From Macrostomum lignano (lineage: Eukaryota): DNA of 64,000 bases. Below are positions 1-12,500 of the stretch, piece after piece. The notes below the pieces were generated by a model. The model was not told the origin of the DNA. It did not search any database and saw nothing but the letters and a program-made list of their open reading frames with translations. Location of the stretch: positions 372,001 to 436,000 of the forward strand of contig NIVC01000713.1 of the NCBI GenBank assembly GCA_002269645.1. The letters run 5' to 3'. Position 1 is the stretch's first letter, and each line of letters opens with the position of its first letter. The translations under genes and the position numbers were made by a program.

Positions 1-897
1 GCAGGGGTAGAGTGGATGGGAAGTAGGGGTAGAGTGGAAGGGAACAGGGGTAGAGTGGAAGGGTAGCAGGGTAGAGTGGATGGGAAGCAGGGGTAGAGTG
101 GATGGGAAGTAGGGGTAGAGTGGAAGGGAACAGGGGTAGAGTGGATGGGAAGCAGGGGTAGAGTGGATGGGAAGTAGGGGTAGAGTGGAAGGGTAGCAGG
201 GTAGAGTGGATGGCAGCAGGGGTAGAGTGGATGGCAGCAGGGGTAGAGTGGAAGGGAAAAGGGGTAGAGTGGATGGGAAGCAGGGGTAGAGTGGATGGGA
301 AGTAGGGGTAGAGTGGAAGGGAACAGGGGTAGAGTGGAAGGGTAGCAGGGTAGAGTGGATGGCAGCAGGGGTAGAGTGGAAGGGAAAAGGGGTAGAGTGG
401 ATGAGCAGGGGTAGAGTGGATGGGAAAAGGGGTAGAGTGGAATTGAACAGGGGTAGAGTGGATGAGCAGGGGTAGAGTGGATGGGGTAGAGTGGAATTGA
501 ACAGGGGTAGAGTGGAATTGAACAGGGGTAGAGTGGATGGAAAGCAGGGGTAGAGTGGAAGGGAAGTAGGGGTAGAGTGGAAGGGAAGTAGGGGTAGGGT
601 GGAAGGGAAGTAGGGGTAGTGGATGGGAAGTAGGGGTAGAGTGGAAGGGAAGTAGGGGTAGAGTGGAAGGGAACAGGGGTAGAGTGGATGGGAAGCAGGG
701 GTAGAGTGGAAGGGAACAGGGGTAGAGTGGATGGGAAGTAGGGATAGAGTGGATGGGAAGTAGGGATAGAGTGGATGGGAAGTAGGGATAGAGTGGATGG
801 GAACAGGGGTGGAGTGGAATTGAACAGGGGTAGAGTGGATGGGAAGCAGGGGTAGAGTAGATGGGAAGCAGGGGTAGAGTGGATGGGTAGAGTGGAG
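1..897. repeat. G-rich minisatellite (core GGGGTAGAGTGGA(T/A)GGGAA, about 19-20 bp) in the intron downstream of the helicase exon
   Basis: Dozens of tandem GGGGTAGAGTGGA cores visible directly. Confidence 0.95.
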
Positions 898-949
898 AGC
901 AGGAAACATCACCTTAGCAAACCAACCACAACCAGTGCATCAAACAAAC

Positions 950-1489
950 CTTGTAGCCAACAAAGGAACCAAGCGGCCCATTGTTGGCCTCCAGTGCCAC
1001 TCGCTGAGCCAAACTGATGGCGGCAATGCGCCTCGGCTGAGTGATAGCTACCCGGGTCTGCTTACTGCCCGAGGCTGCTTCTAAAAGAAACTGCGGCACC
1101 TGGGTACTCTTGCCAGATCCGGTGGACGATATCAAAACTAAACACCTGTGCTGCCGGATGCAGGCCAGCAGGTCGCGCCTGTGCTGCCAAATTGGCAAAC
1201 TGCGCCTCTCTTCTAGAAGAGGGTTGTTATCGGCAATACTACTAGCGCTAGTAGTAGTTAATGGATTCGTATCCGCGGTCATGTCAGCAGCAGCAGGACG
1301 AGTTTGATGATGTTGTTTCTGCCATTTCATCTTCCTTAATAACATCTTTTGCTGTTTGCGATGCTTTGCTTTGCTTTGATTTTGTACAGAATGCTGTTGC
1401 TGCTGCCGCAGATCTTGCTTCTTCTGTTGCTTGTGACCGTGACCGTGACGGTGCTTGTGCTTTGGCTTGTGCTTGCCGCCTTTGCTCAT
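950..1489 (-). CDS. DEAH-box RNA helicase, first coding exon (gene continues off the left edge)
   Basis: LPIW...[10 protein letters not shown] (Walker A), [16 protein letters not shown] (motif Ia), VGYK followed by donor AAG|GTTTGT at 950/949. Probable start MSKGGKH at 1489. The DHX subfamily cannot be assigned from this fragment. Confidence 0.88.
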
Positions 1490-1541
1490 TGCTGTGTTAG
1501 CTTTCTGCCATGAACAGAAATTATGGACATGAAATGCCATG

Positions 1542-3128
1542 AGAGGGCGATTCTCAAGGGGCCGTAACAAACTCGACTTTAATACTTTGAACTTAAAGAA
1601 ATAGGGCTATTCTCAATGAGATTCGAGACCAACTGATGAGATTGAGGGCGATTCTCAATGGGATTGATGGCTATTCTCAATGGGATTCGAGACTAACTGA
1701 TGAGATTGATGGCGATTCTCAATGGGATTGATGGCTATTCTCAATGGGATTCGAGACTAACTGATAAGATTGAGGGCTATTCTCAATGGGATTCGAGACT
1801 AACTGATAAGATTGAGGGCTATTCTCAATGAGATTCGAGACTAACTGATAAGATTGAGGGCTATTCTCAATGGGATTCGAGACTAACTGATAAGATTGAG
1901 GGCTATTCTCAATGAGATTCGAGACTAACTGATGAGATTGAGGGCTATTCTCAATGAGATTCGAGACTAACTGATAAGATTGAGGGCTATTCTCAATGAG
2001 ATTCGAGACTAACTGATAAGATTGAGGGCTATTCTCAATGGGATTCGAGACCAACTGATGAGATTGATGGCGATTCTCAATGAGATTCGAGACTAACTGA
2101 TGAGATTGAGGGCTATTCTCAATGAGATTCGAGACTAACTGATAAGATTGAGGGCTATTCTCAATGGGATTCGAGACTAACTGATAAGATTGAGGGCTAT
2201 TCTCAATGAGATTCGAGACTAACTGATAAGATTGAGGGCTATTCTCAATGAGATTCGAGACTAACTGATAAGATTGAGGGCTATTCTCAATGGGATTCGA
2301 GACCAACTGATGAGATTGATGGCGATTCTCAATGAGATTCGAGACTAACTGATGAGATTGAGGGCTATTCTCAATGAGATTCGAGACTAACTGATAAGAT
2401 TGAGGTCGATTCTCAATGAGATTCGAGGGCGATTCTCAATGAGATTCGAGACTAACTGATAAGATTGAGGGCTATTCTCAATGAGATTCGAGACTAAGTG
2501 CTGATATTGAGGGCTATTCTCAATGAGATTCGAGACTAAGTGCTGAAATTGAGGGCTATTCTCAATGAGATTCGAGACTAACTGATAAGATTGAGGGCGA
2601 TTCTCAATGAGATTCGAGACTAACTGATGAGATTCGAGGGCGATTCTCAATGAGATTCGAGACTAACTGATGAGATTCGAGGGCGATTCTCAATGAGATT
2701 CGAGACTAGCTGATAAGATTGAGGGCGATTCTCAATGAGATTCGAGACTAACTGATGAGATTCGAGGGCGATTCTCAATGAGATCCGAGACTAGCTGATA
2801 AGATTGAGGGCGATTCTCGATGAGATTCGAGACTAGCTGATAAGATTGATGGCGATTCTCAATGAGATTCGAGACTAACTGATGAGATTCGAGGGCGATT
2901 CTCAATGAGATTCGAGACTAACTGATGAGATTCGAGGGCGATTCTCAATGAGATCCGAGACTAGCTGATAAGATTGAGGGCGATTCTCGATGAGATTCGA
3001 GACTAGCTGATAAGATTGATGGCGATTCTCAATGAGATTCGAGACTAACTGATGAGATTCGAGGGCGATTCTCAATGAGATTCGAGACTAGCTGATAAGA
3101 TTGAGGGCGATTCTCAATGAGATTCGAG
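1542..3128. repeat. 42-bp minisatellite GAGATTCGAGACTAACTGATAAGATTGAGGGCTATTCTCAAT between glycogen phosphorylase and the helicase
   Basis: More than 30 near-identical tandem units; source of the spurious [14 protein letters not shown] ORFs. Confidence 0.95.
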
Positions 3129-3543
3129 GCTGGCCCTCATTGTTGTGAATCGCAGGACAACCTCCTACGAGCCAACCTATAAACTACTTAAAGTAGCTAA
3201 CAATAAAAAGTTAATTTGAAACAAAATATAATCAGCTAGCAGAAAAAAACAATTTATATTTCGATTTGTTTGTTTATATCATGGCAAACTAAAATGCAAG
3301 ACAGCTTGAGTGCTCACTGGTCCAAAGAAATATAGGAAGAATATAAAAATGTGTAAATATGAATTGAAAACAAAACTCTGTAGGTTGGCTACTATACAAA
3401 TGCACTATATATAATAAAATATGATTCTAGATGCGATTTTCTGGAGAATTTTGCGCTACAAAAATTAAAGCAGTAAATTTTGTCTCGAGCAGCTTTAGTA
3501 ACTTTGAGTCAGTTGGTCTCTTCGGCAGAGGCGCCGAACTGGC

Positions 3544-6500
3544 TTAGAGGCGACTCGTGGGGGCTGGCAGCTTAATACCGTGCGGGTCCACGTTCCAGAT
3601 GTCCTTGGCGTACTCGCTGATTGTCCGGTCAGAGGAGAATTTCCCAGCCGCGGCAATGTTCAGCAGGCACATGCGGGACCACTTTGCCTGGTCCTGGGGG
3701 GGGGGGGGGTTGATGCCAGCAGGTTGAATAATGTCACAATATCCTGGCCTGGAAATTGCCCCCTAATATCCTCACCTGATAATTATCCCAAAATCCCATA
3801 ATTCACAAATTATCCAAAATTCCCATAATCTACAAATCATCATAAAATCCCATAATCTAGAAACTATTCCAAAATACCTTAATTTACAATTATTTAAATA
3901 TCCCTTAATCTACAATTGTAGATTGTCGTAGATTATAGATTATATATAATTGTAGATGTCATAATCGTACAAATTATCCTAATGTCCCACAGTATACAAA
4001 TTATCCCAATATCCCACAATCTAGAAATTATCCCAATATCCAAAAATCTAAATATTAGCCCAATATCCCATAATATACAAATTATCCCAATATCCCATAA
4101 ACTACAAATTATCCCAATATCCCATAATCTACAAATTATACCAATATCCCATAAACTACAAATTATCCCAATATACCACAATCTACAAATTATCCCAATA
4201 TCCAATAATCTACATATTAGCCCAATATCCCATAATATACAAATTATCCCAATATCCCATAATATACAAATTATCCCAATACCCCATAATCTACAAATCA
4301 TCCTAAAATCCCATAATCTACAAATCATCCTAAAATCCCATAATCTACAAATCATCCAAAAAAATCCCATAATCTACAAATTATCCCAATATACCACAAT
4401 CTACAAATTATCCCAATATCCAATCATCTACATATTAGCCCAATATCCCATAATATACAAATTATCCCAATATCCAATAATCTACAAATTATCCCAATAT
4501 CCCATAATCTACAAAGTATCCCAATATCCCATTATCTACAAACTATCCCAATACCCCATAATCTATAAATCATCCTAAAATCCCATAATCTACAAATCAT
4601 CCTAAAATCCCATAATCTACAAATCATCCTAAAATCCCATAATCTACAAATTATCCCAATATCCCATAAACTACAAATTATCCCAATATCCCATAATCTA
4701 CAAATTAACCCAATATCCCATACTCTACAAATTATCCCAATATCCAATAATCTACATATTAGCCCAATATCCCATAATATACAAATTATCCCAATATCCT
4801 ATAATCTACTAATTATCTCATTATCCCATAAACTACAAATTATCCCAATATCCCATAAACTACAAATCATCCTAAAATCCCATAATCTACAAATCATCCT
4901 AAAATCCCATAATCTACAAATTATCCCATCTCTACCTATAAAAATCAAAATTATTCCATAAACTAAAAATTATCCCAATATTCCATAATCTACAAATTAT
5001 CCTAATATCTCATAATCTACTAATTATCCCAATATTCCCAATCTACAAATCATTCTGAATACTAATAAAAATCCAGAGATCAGATCAAGTAGTTCAAGCC
5101 TTACCAAGTAGGTTTCAGCAGCGAGGTCCTGAGCTCGAATATAATCCTTATAGTCGGCCAGAAGCATGAACCGGTCGTGATACACTAAACTGTCGAAGAC
5201 GTCGCGAAACAGGCCGGCATTGTCGGGCGGCGAGAACACCCCGTCGCGAATCATGTCGAGACAGCGGCGCAGCTCGGGGCTCGAAGCGTAATGGTCCGCA
5301 GGCCGGTAGCCGCTGCGAGACAAAGCTTCGACTTCTTCAACCGACATGCCGAACACGAACATATTCTCGCGGCCCATCTCTTCGCACATTTCCACATTGG
5401 CGCCGTCCATTGTGCCGATAGTGAGGGCGCCATTGAGCATGAACTTCATGTTGCCGGTGCCGGACGCCTCCGTACCGGCTGTGCTGATCTGCTCGGACAG
5501 GTCCGCCGCTGGGAAGATTTTCTCGGCCAGGCTGACTCGATAGTTTTCTAAGAATAGCACCCGCAGGCGATTGCCAACAATGGGATCATTGTTAATAACT
5601 TTAGCCACCGAGTTGATTAGTTTGATAATTAATTTGGCCATGTGGTAGCCCGGGGCAGCTTTGCCGCCGATCATCACCGTTCTGGGCACGAATTTGCACT
5701 TGGGGTTGTCACGGATGCGGTTGTACAGGGTGATCACGTGCAGACAGTTCAGCAGCTGCCGCTTGTACTCGTGAATGCGCTTTACCTGGGGGAGTTATAA
5801 TTAATAATGAATAGGTGTGAAGTCACTCTGTAATTAATAATGAAAAGGTGTGAATTCACTCTGTAATTAATAATGAAAAGGTGTGAATTCACTCTGTAAT
5901 TAATAATGAAAAGGTGTGAAGTCACTCTGTAATTAATAATGACCAGGTGTGAAGTCACTCTGTAATTAATAATGAAAAGGTGTGAAGTCACTCTGTAATT
6001 AATAATGACCAGGTGTGAAGTCACTCTGTAATTAATAATGAAAAGGTGTGAAGTCACTCTGTAATTAATAATGACCAGGTGTGAAGTCACTCTGTAATTA
6101 ATAATGAAAAGGTGTGAAGTCACTCTGTAATTAAACAATGACCATGTGTGAAGTCACTCTGTAATTAAACAATGACCAGGTGTGAAGTCACTCTGTAATT
6201 AATAATGAAAAGGTGTGAAGTCACTCTGTAATTAATAATGACAAGGTGTGAAGTCACTCTGTAATTAATAATGAAAAGGTGTGAAGTCACTCTGTAATTA
6301 ATAATGACAAGGTGTGAAGTCACTATGTAGTCAACTAGACAATGACCAGGTGTGAAGTCACTCTGTAATTAATAATGACAAGGTGTGAAGTCACTCTGTA
6401 GTCAACTAGACAATGACCAGGTGTGAAGTCACTCTGTAATTAATAATGACAAGGTGTGAAGTCACTCTGTAGTCAACTAGACAATGACCAGGTGTGAAGT

Positions 6501-9500
6501 CACTCTGTAATTAATAATGACCAGGTGTGAAGTCACTCTGTAAATGGAAATGATTTCATCCTTGAGAAAAATATGCGCTAATTCAAGAGCTCGGAGGTGG
6601 GCGGTCTCACCTGAATGTCGAACATACTGGAAGGATCAATCTTCACTTTGAATTCTCGCATTACAAAATCGGCAAATTTTCGTTTAGCCTGGGACTTCAC
6701 TTTGACCAGCTCGCGCAGGACGTGCTCGTTGTCTTGAAAGTCGGTCAGCTGGCGGAGCTGGTCCAGATCGGTGATCCAAGCCGGCCCGATCTTGTCGCTG
6801 AGCAGGTCGCTGAGTCCGGGATTGCACAGCAGCAGCCAGCGGCGAGGCGTGATGCCGTTGGTTTTATTCTGGAATCGCTCGGGCCACAGCTCGTAGAAGT
6901 CCTTGAAAACGTGCTTCTTGATGAGGTCGGAGTGGATTCTGGAAAGTCAAGGACGGTCAAAAACTGAGGATCTGGGAGGCTGGCCCAGCAACTACAGGAT
7001 CTGGGAGGCTGGCCCAGCAACTAAGGATCTGAGAGGCTGGCCCAGCAACTGAGGATCTGGGAGGCTGGCCCAGCAACTGAGGGTCTGGGAGGCTGGCCCA
7101 GCAACTGACACTCTGGGAGGCTGGCCCAGCAACTGAGGATCTGGGAGGCTGGCCCAGCAACTGAGGGTCTGGGAGGCTGGCCCAGCAACTGAGGATCTGG
7201 GAGGCTGGCCCAGCAACTGCAGGATCTGGGAGGCTGGCCCAGCAACTAAGGATCTGAGAGGCTGGCCCAGCAACTGAGAATCTGGGAGGCTGGCCCAGCA
7301 ACTGAGGGTCTGGGAGGCTGGCCCAGCAACTGACACTCTGGGAGGCTGGCCCAGCAACTGAGGATCTGGGAGGCTGGCCCAGCAACTGAGGGTCTGGGAG
7401 GCTGGCCCAGCAACTGACACTCTGGGAGGCTGGCCCAGCAACTGAGGATCTGGGAGGCTGGCCCAGCAACTGAGGATCTGGAAGGCTGGCCCAGCAACTG
7501 AGGATCTGGGAGGCTGGCCCAGAAACTGAGGATCCGGGAGGCTGGCCCAGCAACTGAGGATCTGGGAGGCTGGCCCAGCAACTGAGGGTCTGGGAGGCTG
7601 GCCCAGCAACTGAGGATCTGGGAGGCTGTCCCAGCAACTGAGGATCTGGGAGGCTGTCCCAGCAACTGAGGATCTGGGAGGCTGGCCCAGCAACTGGGGA
7701 TCTGGGAGGCTGGCCAAGCAACTGACACTCTGGAAGGCTGGCCCAGCAACTGAGGATCTGGGAGGCTGGCCCAGCAACTGAGAATCTGGGAGGCTGGCCC
7801 AGCAACTGAGGATCTGGGAGGCTGGCCAAGCAACTGAGGATCCGTAAAAAATCTCACCTGGCGACTCCATTAACAGCGTGGCTGCCAACCACGCACAGGT
7901 AGGCCATGTTGATGCGCTTGCAGCCGTCCTCTTCAACCAGGCTCATCCGCCTGATGCGATCCATGTCGCCCGGATACCGCTCGGATACGTAGGCCAGGAA
8001 GCGCTGATTGATGTCGTAAATTATCTCCAGGTGTCTGGAAGAAATATGTTAATTGTTGTATTGAAGCGTATGATGAGAATCGTTTAAAGAAAAATAAATA
8101 GATCATTTAATTATGTCAAAAATATTCGGACCATTATGATCTAGATCATCTAAAGTCGAGTCACTCAGTTCTTCAGTTCTAAAGTCATTAAAGGATCAGC
8201 AGTTTTGGGCCATCATAAATTTGGGTCATGCAGTTCTGGGTCATCAATGAATTTGGTCATGCAGTTCTGGGTCATCAATGAATTTTTGGTGATGCAGTTC
8301 TGGGTCATCAATGAATTTTGGGTCATGCAGTTCTAAGTCATTAATCAAGTTTGGGTCATACAACTCTGGGTCATCAATGAATTTTGGGTCATGCAGTTCT
8401 GAGTCATCAATGAATTTTGAGTCATGCAGTTCTGGATCAAAATGAATGATGGGTCCTGCAGTTCTGGGTCATCAATGAATTTTGGGTCATGCAGTTCTGA
8501 GTCATCAATGAATTTTGAGTCATGCAGTTCTGGGTCATACAGTTCTGAGTCCTCAATGAATTATGGGTCACGCAGTTCTGGGTCATCAATGAAGTTGAGG
8601 TCACGCAGTTCATCAAGATTTTAAAATCCAACTAAATCAATAAAAAATTCACCTTGGCAAGCACTTGGCCAGAGTCTGCACAGGCCAGCGCTCCAGAGCC
8701 TCAGGCAGTATGGTGTGATTCGTATAGGCAAACGTGGCAACGCAGATGCTCCAAGCCGCATCCCAGGCCAGCTTCTCCTGATCGATGAAGATTCGCATCA
8801 GCTCGGGTATGGCTAAGCTGGGATGCGTGTCATTCAACTGAATGGCTACTTTGTCGGCGAAATTATCGAAACAATGATTGTAGGATTTCGAATTGCGAAA
8901 TCTTCGAATAATATCCTGCAGAGTAGCCGCTACCAGGAAGTACTCCTGCTTGAGTCGCAGCTCTTTGCCCTCAAAGAAGTTATCGTTAGGATAGAGCACT
9001 CTGCTGATATTCTCAGCCTGATTGCGGTCGCACACGGCCGAGATGTACTCGCCGGAGTTGAACGAGTGCAAATTGAAGCTCTGGGGAGCTTTGGCGGTCC
9101 ACAGACGCAGCGTGTTGCAGTTGTTGTTGCCAAAGCTGCATAAGGGGTGGCAGTTTATTAAATTCAAGACCGTAAGGTCAATAAAGTTCAGATTAAAAGG
9201 GAATTACATTTCAATTTAATCGATACATATCGGCTTCTATGACCTGCATTTACATTTCTATATTTTCGATACATATCGGCTACTATGACCTGCATTTAAA
9301 TTTCTATATATTCGATACATATCGGCTACTATGAGCCTCAGTAAATTACTATTTATTTGATACATATCGGTGGCTAAGGCCTGCATCTACTGACAAGGCG
9401 AGAGCTCACCCAGGCACTGGCGTATCATACGGCATGGCCAGCACAGTCTGTGCGTCAACCCAGCGCTTCGAGCCGTCCGGTCCGACATCAACGCGACCAT

Positions 9501-12500
9501 AGAAACTAATCGGCAGCAGGTACTCCGGCCGGGCCTTCTCCCACGGATTTCCGAATCTCAACCAATCGTCCGGCTCCTCGACCTGTAAATCAAATTCATG
9601 CATCTTGCTGTTAAAAGTGTACTTGAAGTAATACGTTCAGCAAAGAGAATATCTAGGTCCCTATGGGCCTAAGGGGGTCGCTTCACAAGCTCGAAATTTC
9701 AAAACCTCGAAAAGCACTTGATTTCACAAACCCGAAACTTCATAAGCTCGAAATTTCACAAGCTCGAAATTTCATATCCTCGAAAATTTTAGCAAGCGAC
9801 TTCACAAGCTCTAAATTTCATATCCTCAAAAATTTTAGCAGCTGGCTTCATAAGCTCGAAATTTCACAACCTCGAAAACCTATGAAGCTTATGAAGTCGC
9901 CTGCTAAAATGGTTTAGTCACTAGCGTCGTGCCCAGATTCGTTGCAGGTAACACAGAAAAAAATAGAACTGAAAGAAGTGACTCTAGAGGACTCTAAAAC
10001 GACGAGATTTCGTGGAACAGGGCGCCAAAAAGTCGCCGTCGTTTGAGTCGGCAAAGTCACAAGGGTCACCCCGGGGTCGCTAGAGACACCGATGGAAGTG
10101 TCTCAAAACCTCCATATCCATAACTTTTTGTAGTCATATTGACTCATATCTGTAGGTATGGCGGAAAACCAACCTGCCATCCATCCGCAATCTTCTGCTG
10201 GAAGATGCCATAGTCGTAGCGAATGCCGTAGCCATAGGCGGCCAGGCCCAGCGTGGCCATGGAGTCCAGAAAGCAGGCGGCCAACCGGCCCAGGCCTCCA
10301 TTCCCCAAGCCGGCATCGTCTTCGATCTCTTCAATATCCTCCAAGTCCAGGCCGAGTTGGTAGAGCGCCTCCTCTACAGCTTGGGTGAGGCCCAGGTTAG
10401 CCATTGTGTTGGTTAGGGTGCGGCCCATGTAGAACTCTAGCGATAGATAGTACACTCTCTGCCAATTCGGAGAGCAAAAAATAATTTTCACATTTCAGCA
10501 TTCGGCTACTCTCAGTAGTAGCTTTCGCAATGATGCCAATTCGGAGAGCAAAAAATAATTTTCACTAAGCATTCGGCTACTCTCAGTAGTAGCTTTCGCA
10601 ATGATGCCAATTCGGAGAGCAAAAAATAATTTTCACTAAGCATTCGGCTACTCTCAGTAGTAGCTTTCGCAATGATGCCAATTCGGAGAGCAAAAAATAA
10701 TTTTCACTAAGCATTCGGCTACTCTCAGTAGTAGCTTTCGCAATGATGCCAATTCGGAGAGCAAAAAATAATTTTCACTAAGCATTCGGCTACTCTCAGT
10801 AGTAGCTTTCGCAATGATGCCAATTCGGAGAGCAAAAAATAATTTTCACTAAGCATTCGGCTACTCTCAGTAGTAGCTTTCGCAATGAATTCAAGTTAAG
10901 ATCAACTACTATAGAGGTAAATACTTCTGAAGACTTGTTTATTCTTGATAAAATGTCTTCTTTTTATAGAATGATGAGTGCTTGTGTTGTGCCATAATGA
11001 AAAGTTAAAATGATGAAAAGATAATGATAAAACCTAATGATTGCTATAGATGATATAACTCTAATGGATACAAATGCAAACATTTATATGACTACAAGTT
11101 TTTGTGAAGATCAGTTAAGCCACAATTTATCAACAATGTTTGCGCTTTAATCAAACAAGAGAAGAGATGCATGCTACCATTGATCACAGTGGTGCGATTC
11201 CAAACGTATCGAGTTTCTGAGTAGTCAATGAAGAAATTGAATATTCTCCAGAAATTCAACACTTATTTCACCAAACTAAAGCTACACCTGTCAATCGGAA
11301 TTTGAACTTCTTTTTGGACAATAAGGACCTCCTTCGCTGCAGGGGTCGCCTGTCCACCAAATTTTAATTCGAGACTAACAATCTAATTCTATTGCCGCAT
11401 CCTGACTCAATTCAAACAGCTGGTAATTGCTCACGAAGCTAGCAATGAAGCTAGTTGCCATTGTGGCATTGGAGACACTCTTTATTAGATCAGAGAAAGG
11501 TACTGGGTATTGAAGGGCTGTCAACGCGTAAAGCAGGAACTGAAACTCTGCGCAGTCTGCAAGAAAGTTTTCTGTGGCTCCACCTCAACCTGGCTTTTGG
11601 TTGTCGGACATCTGTGCTTTCTAGACAGCTGTTGGCCTTAATCTAGCAGGACTGTGTTATAATACTCATACTGCTCAAGAAGGATTGAAGGCATATATCC
11701 TATTGTCCACCTGCTTCTCAACTCAATCCATACATTTAGAGACTCTCTCTGACATGACAAAATTGCAGTTTATCAATGCTCTTCACTGCTTTGATGCCAG
11801 GAAAGGTTTCCCTTCAATAATTAGTGACAATGCTTTAACCTTCACTGCCACAGTAAGGCGGGACTCGAAATCTATGCCAACAATAAGATACAAAACTTCT
11901 GTAATTCCAGAGGCATATCATGGTCCTTCATCCCTGCCAAAGCTCCTCGGTAAGGATGGCTTTTGGAAGCGCTTAGTTAAATCTGTGAGGCCTGTGCTTC
12001 GAAAGACACTGAATCACTCACTGTTTGTGCTAGACCAGCTGTCTACTGTGGTAATCGAAGTCGAAGTGATCATCAACAGCTGTCCTTATCATTACTCTAT
12101 CACATTTTCTCACTATTCGGAGACTCATGAAAGAGCCTGATTTACAAAATGAAGTTGTGCTGCTGTTGCCTAAGCATTTAACCTTGCATTGGTGCTATGA
12201 TTCACTTTGGGAAAGTCTATAGAAATGCCTATGAATTGGCATTAAGAGAGCAATCTGCTATCATTTGCAAGGGTTCTCACAAGCCGAAGGTCAGCAAAGT
12301 GGTGCTGGTCGAAGGTGCAGATGTCACTAGTCTCGGCTAAAGTGGAAGCTAGGTGTTATTGAGTCGCTGCTTTGTGATCACAATGGTCTGCATTGGTTTT
12401 CCTGGCCTAGACTGCCAATTTCAAGGAGGTGGAGCACACTAGATGCGCAGTTCAGGCCTTGGTTCCCTTGGAGTTCTCTGAGCAATCTTACCTGGGTTGT

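Noticed and set aside
1719-2650. Long ORFs of [14 protein letters not shown] repeats
   Set aside because: Translation of a 42-bp (multiple of 3) minisatellite; no evidence of coding.
6957-7936. 200-314 aa [15 protein letters not shown] ORFs (also at 44.9 and 50.2 kb)
   Set aside because: A 28-bp repeat cycling through frames, here inside a well-supported PYG intron.
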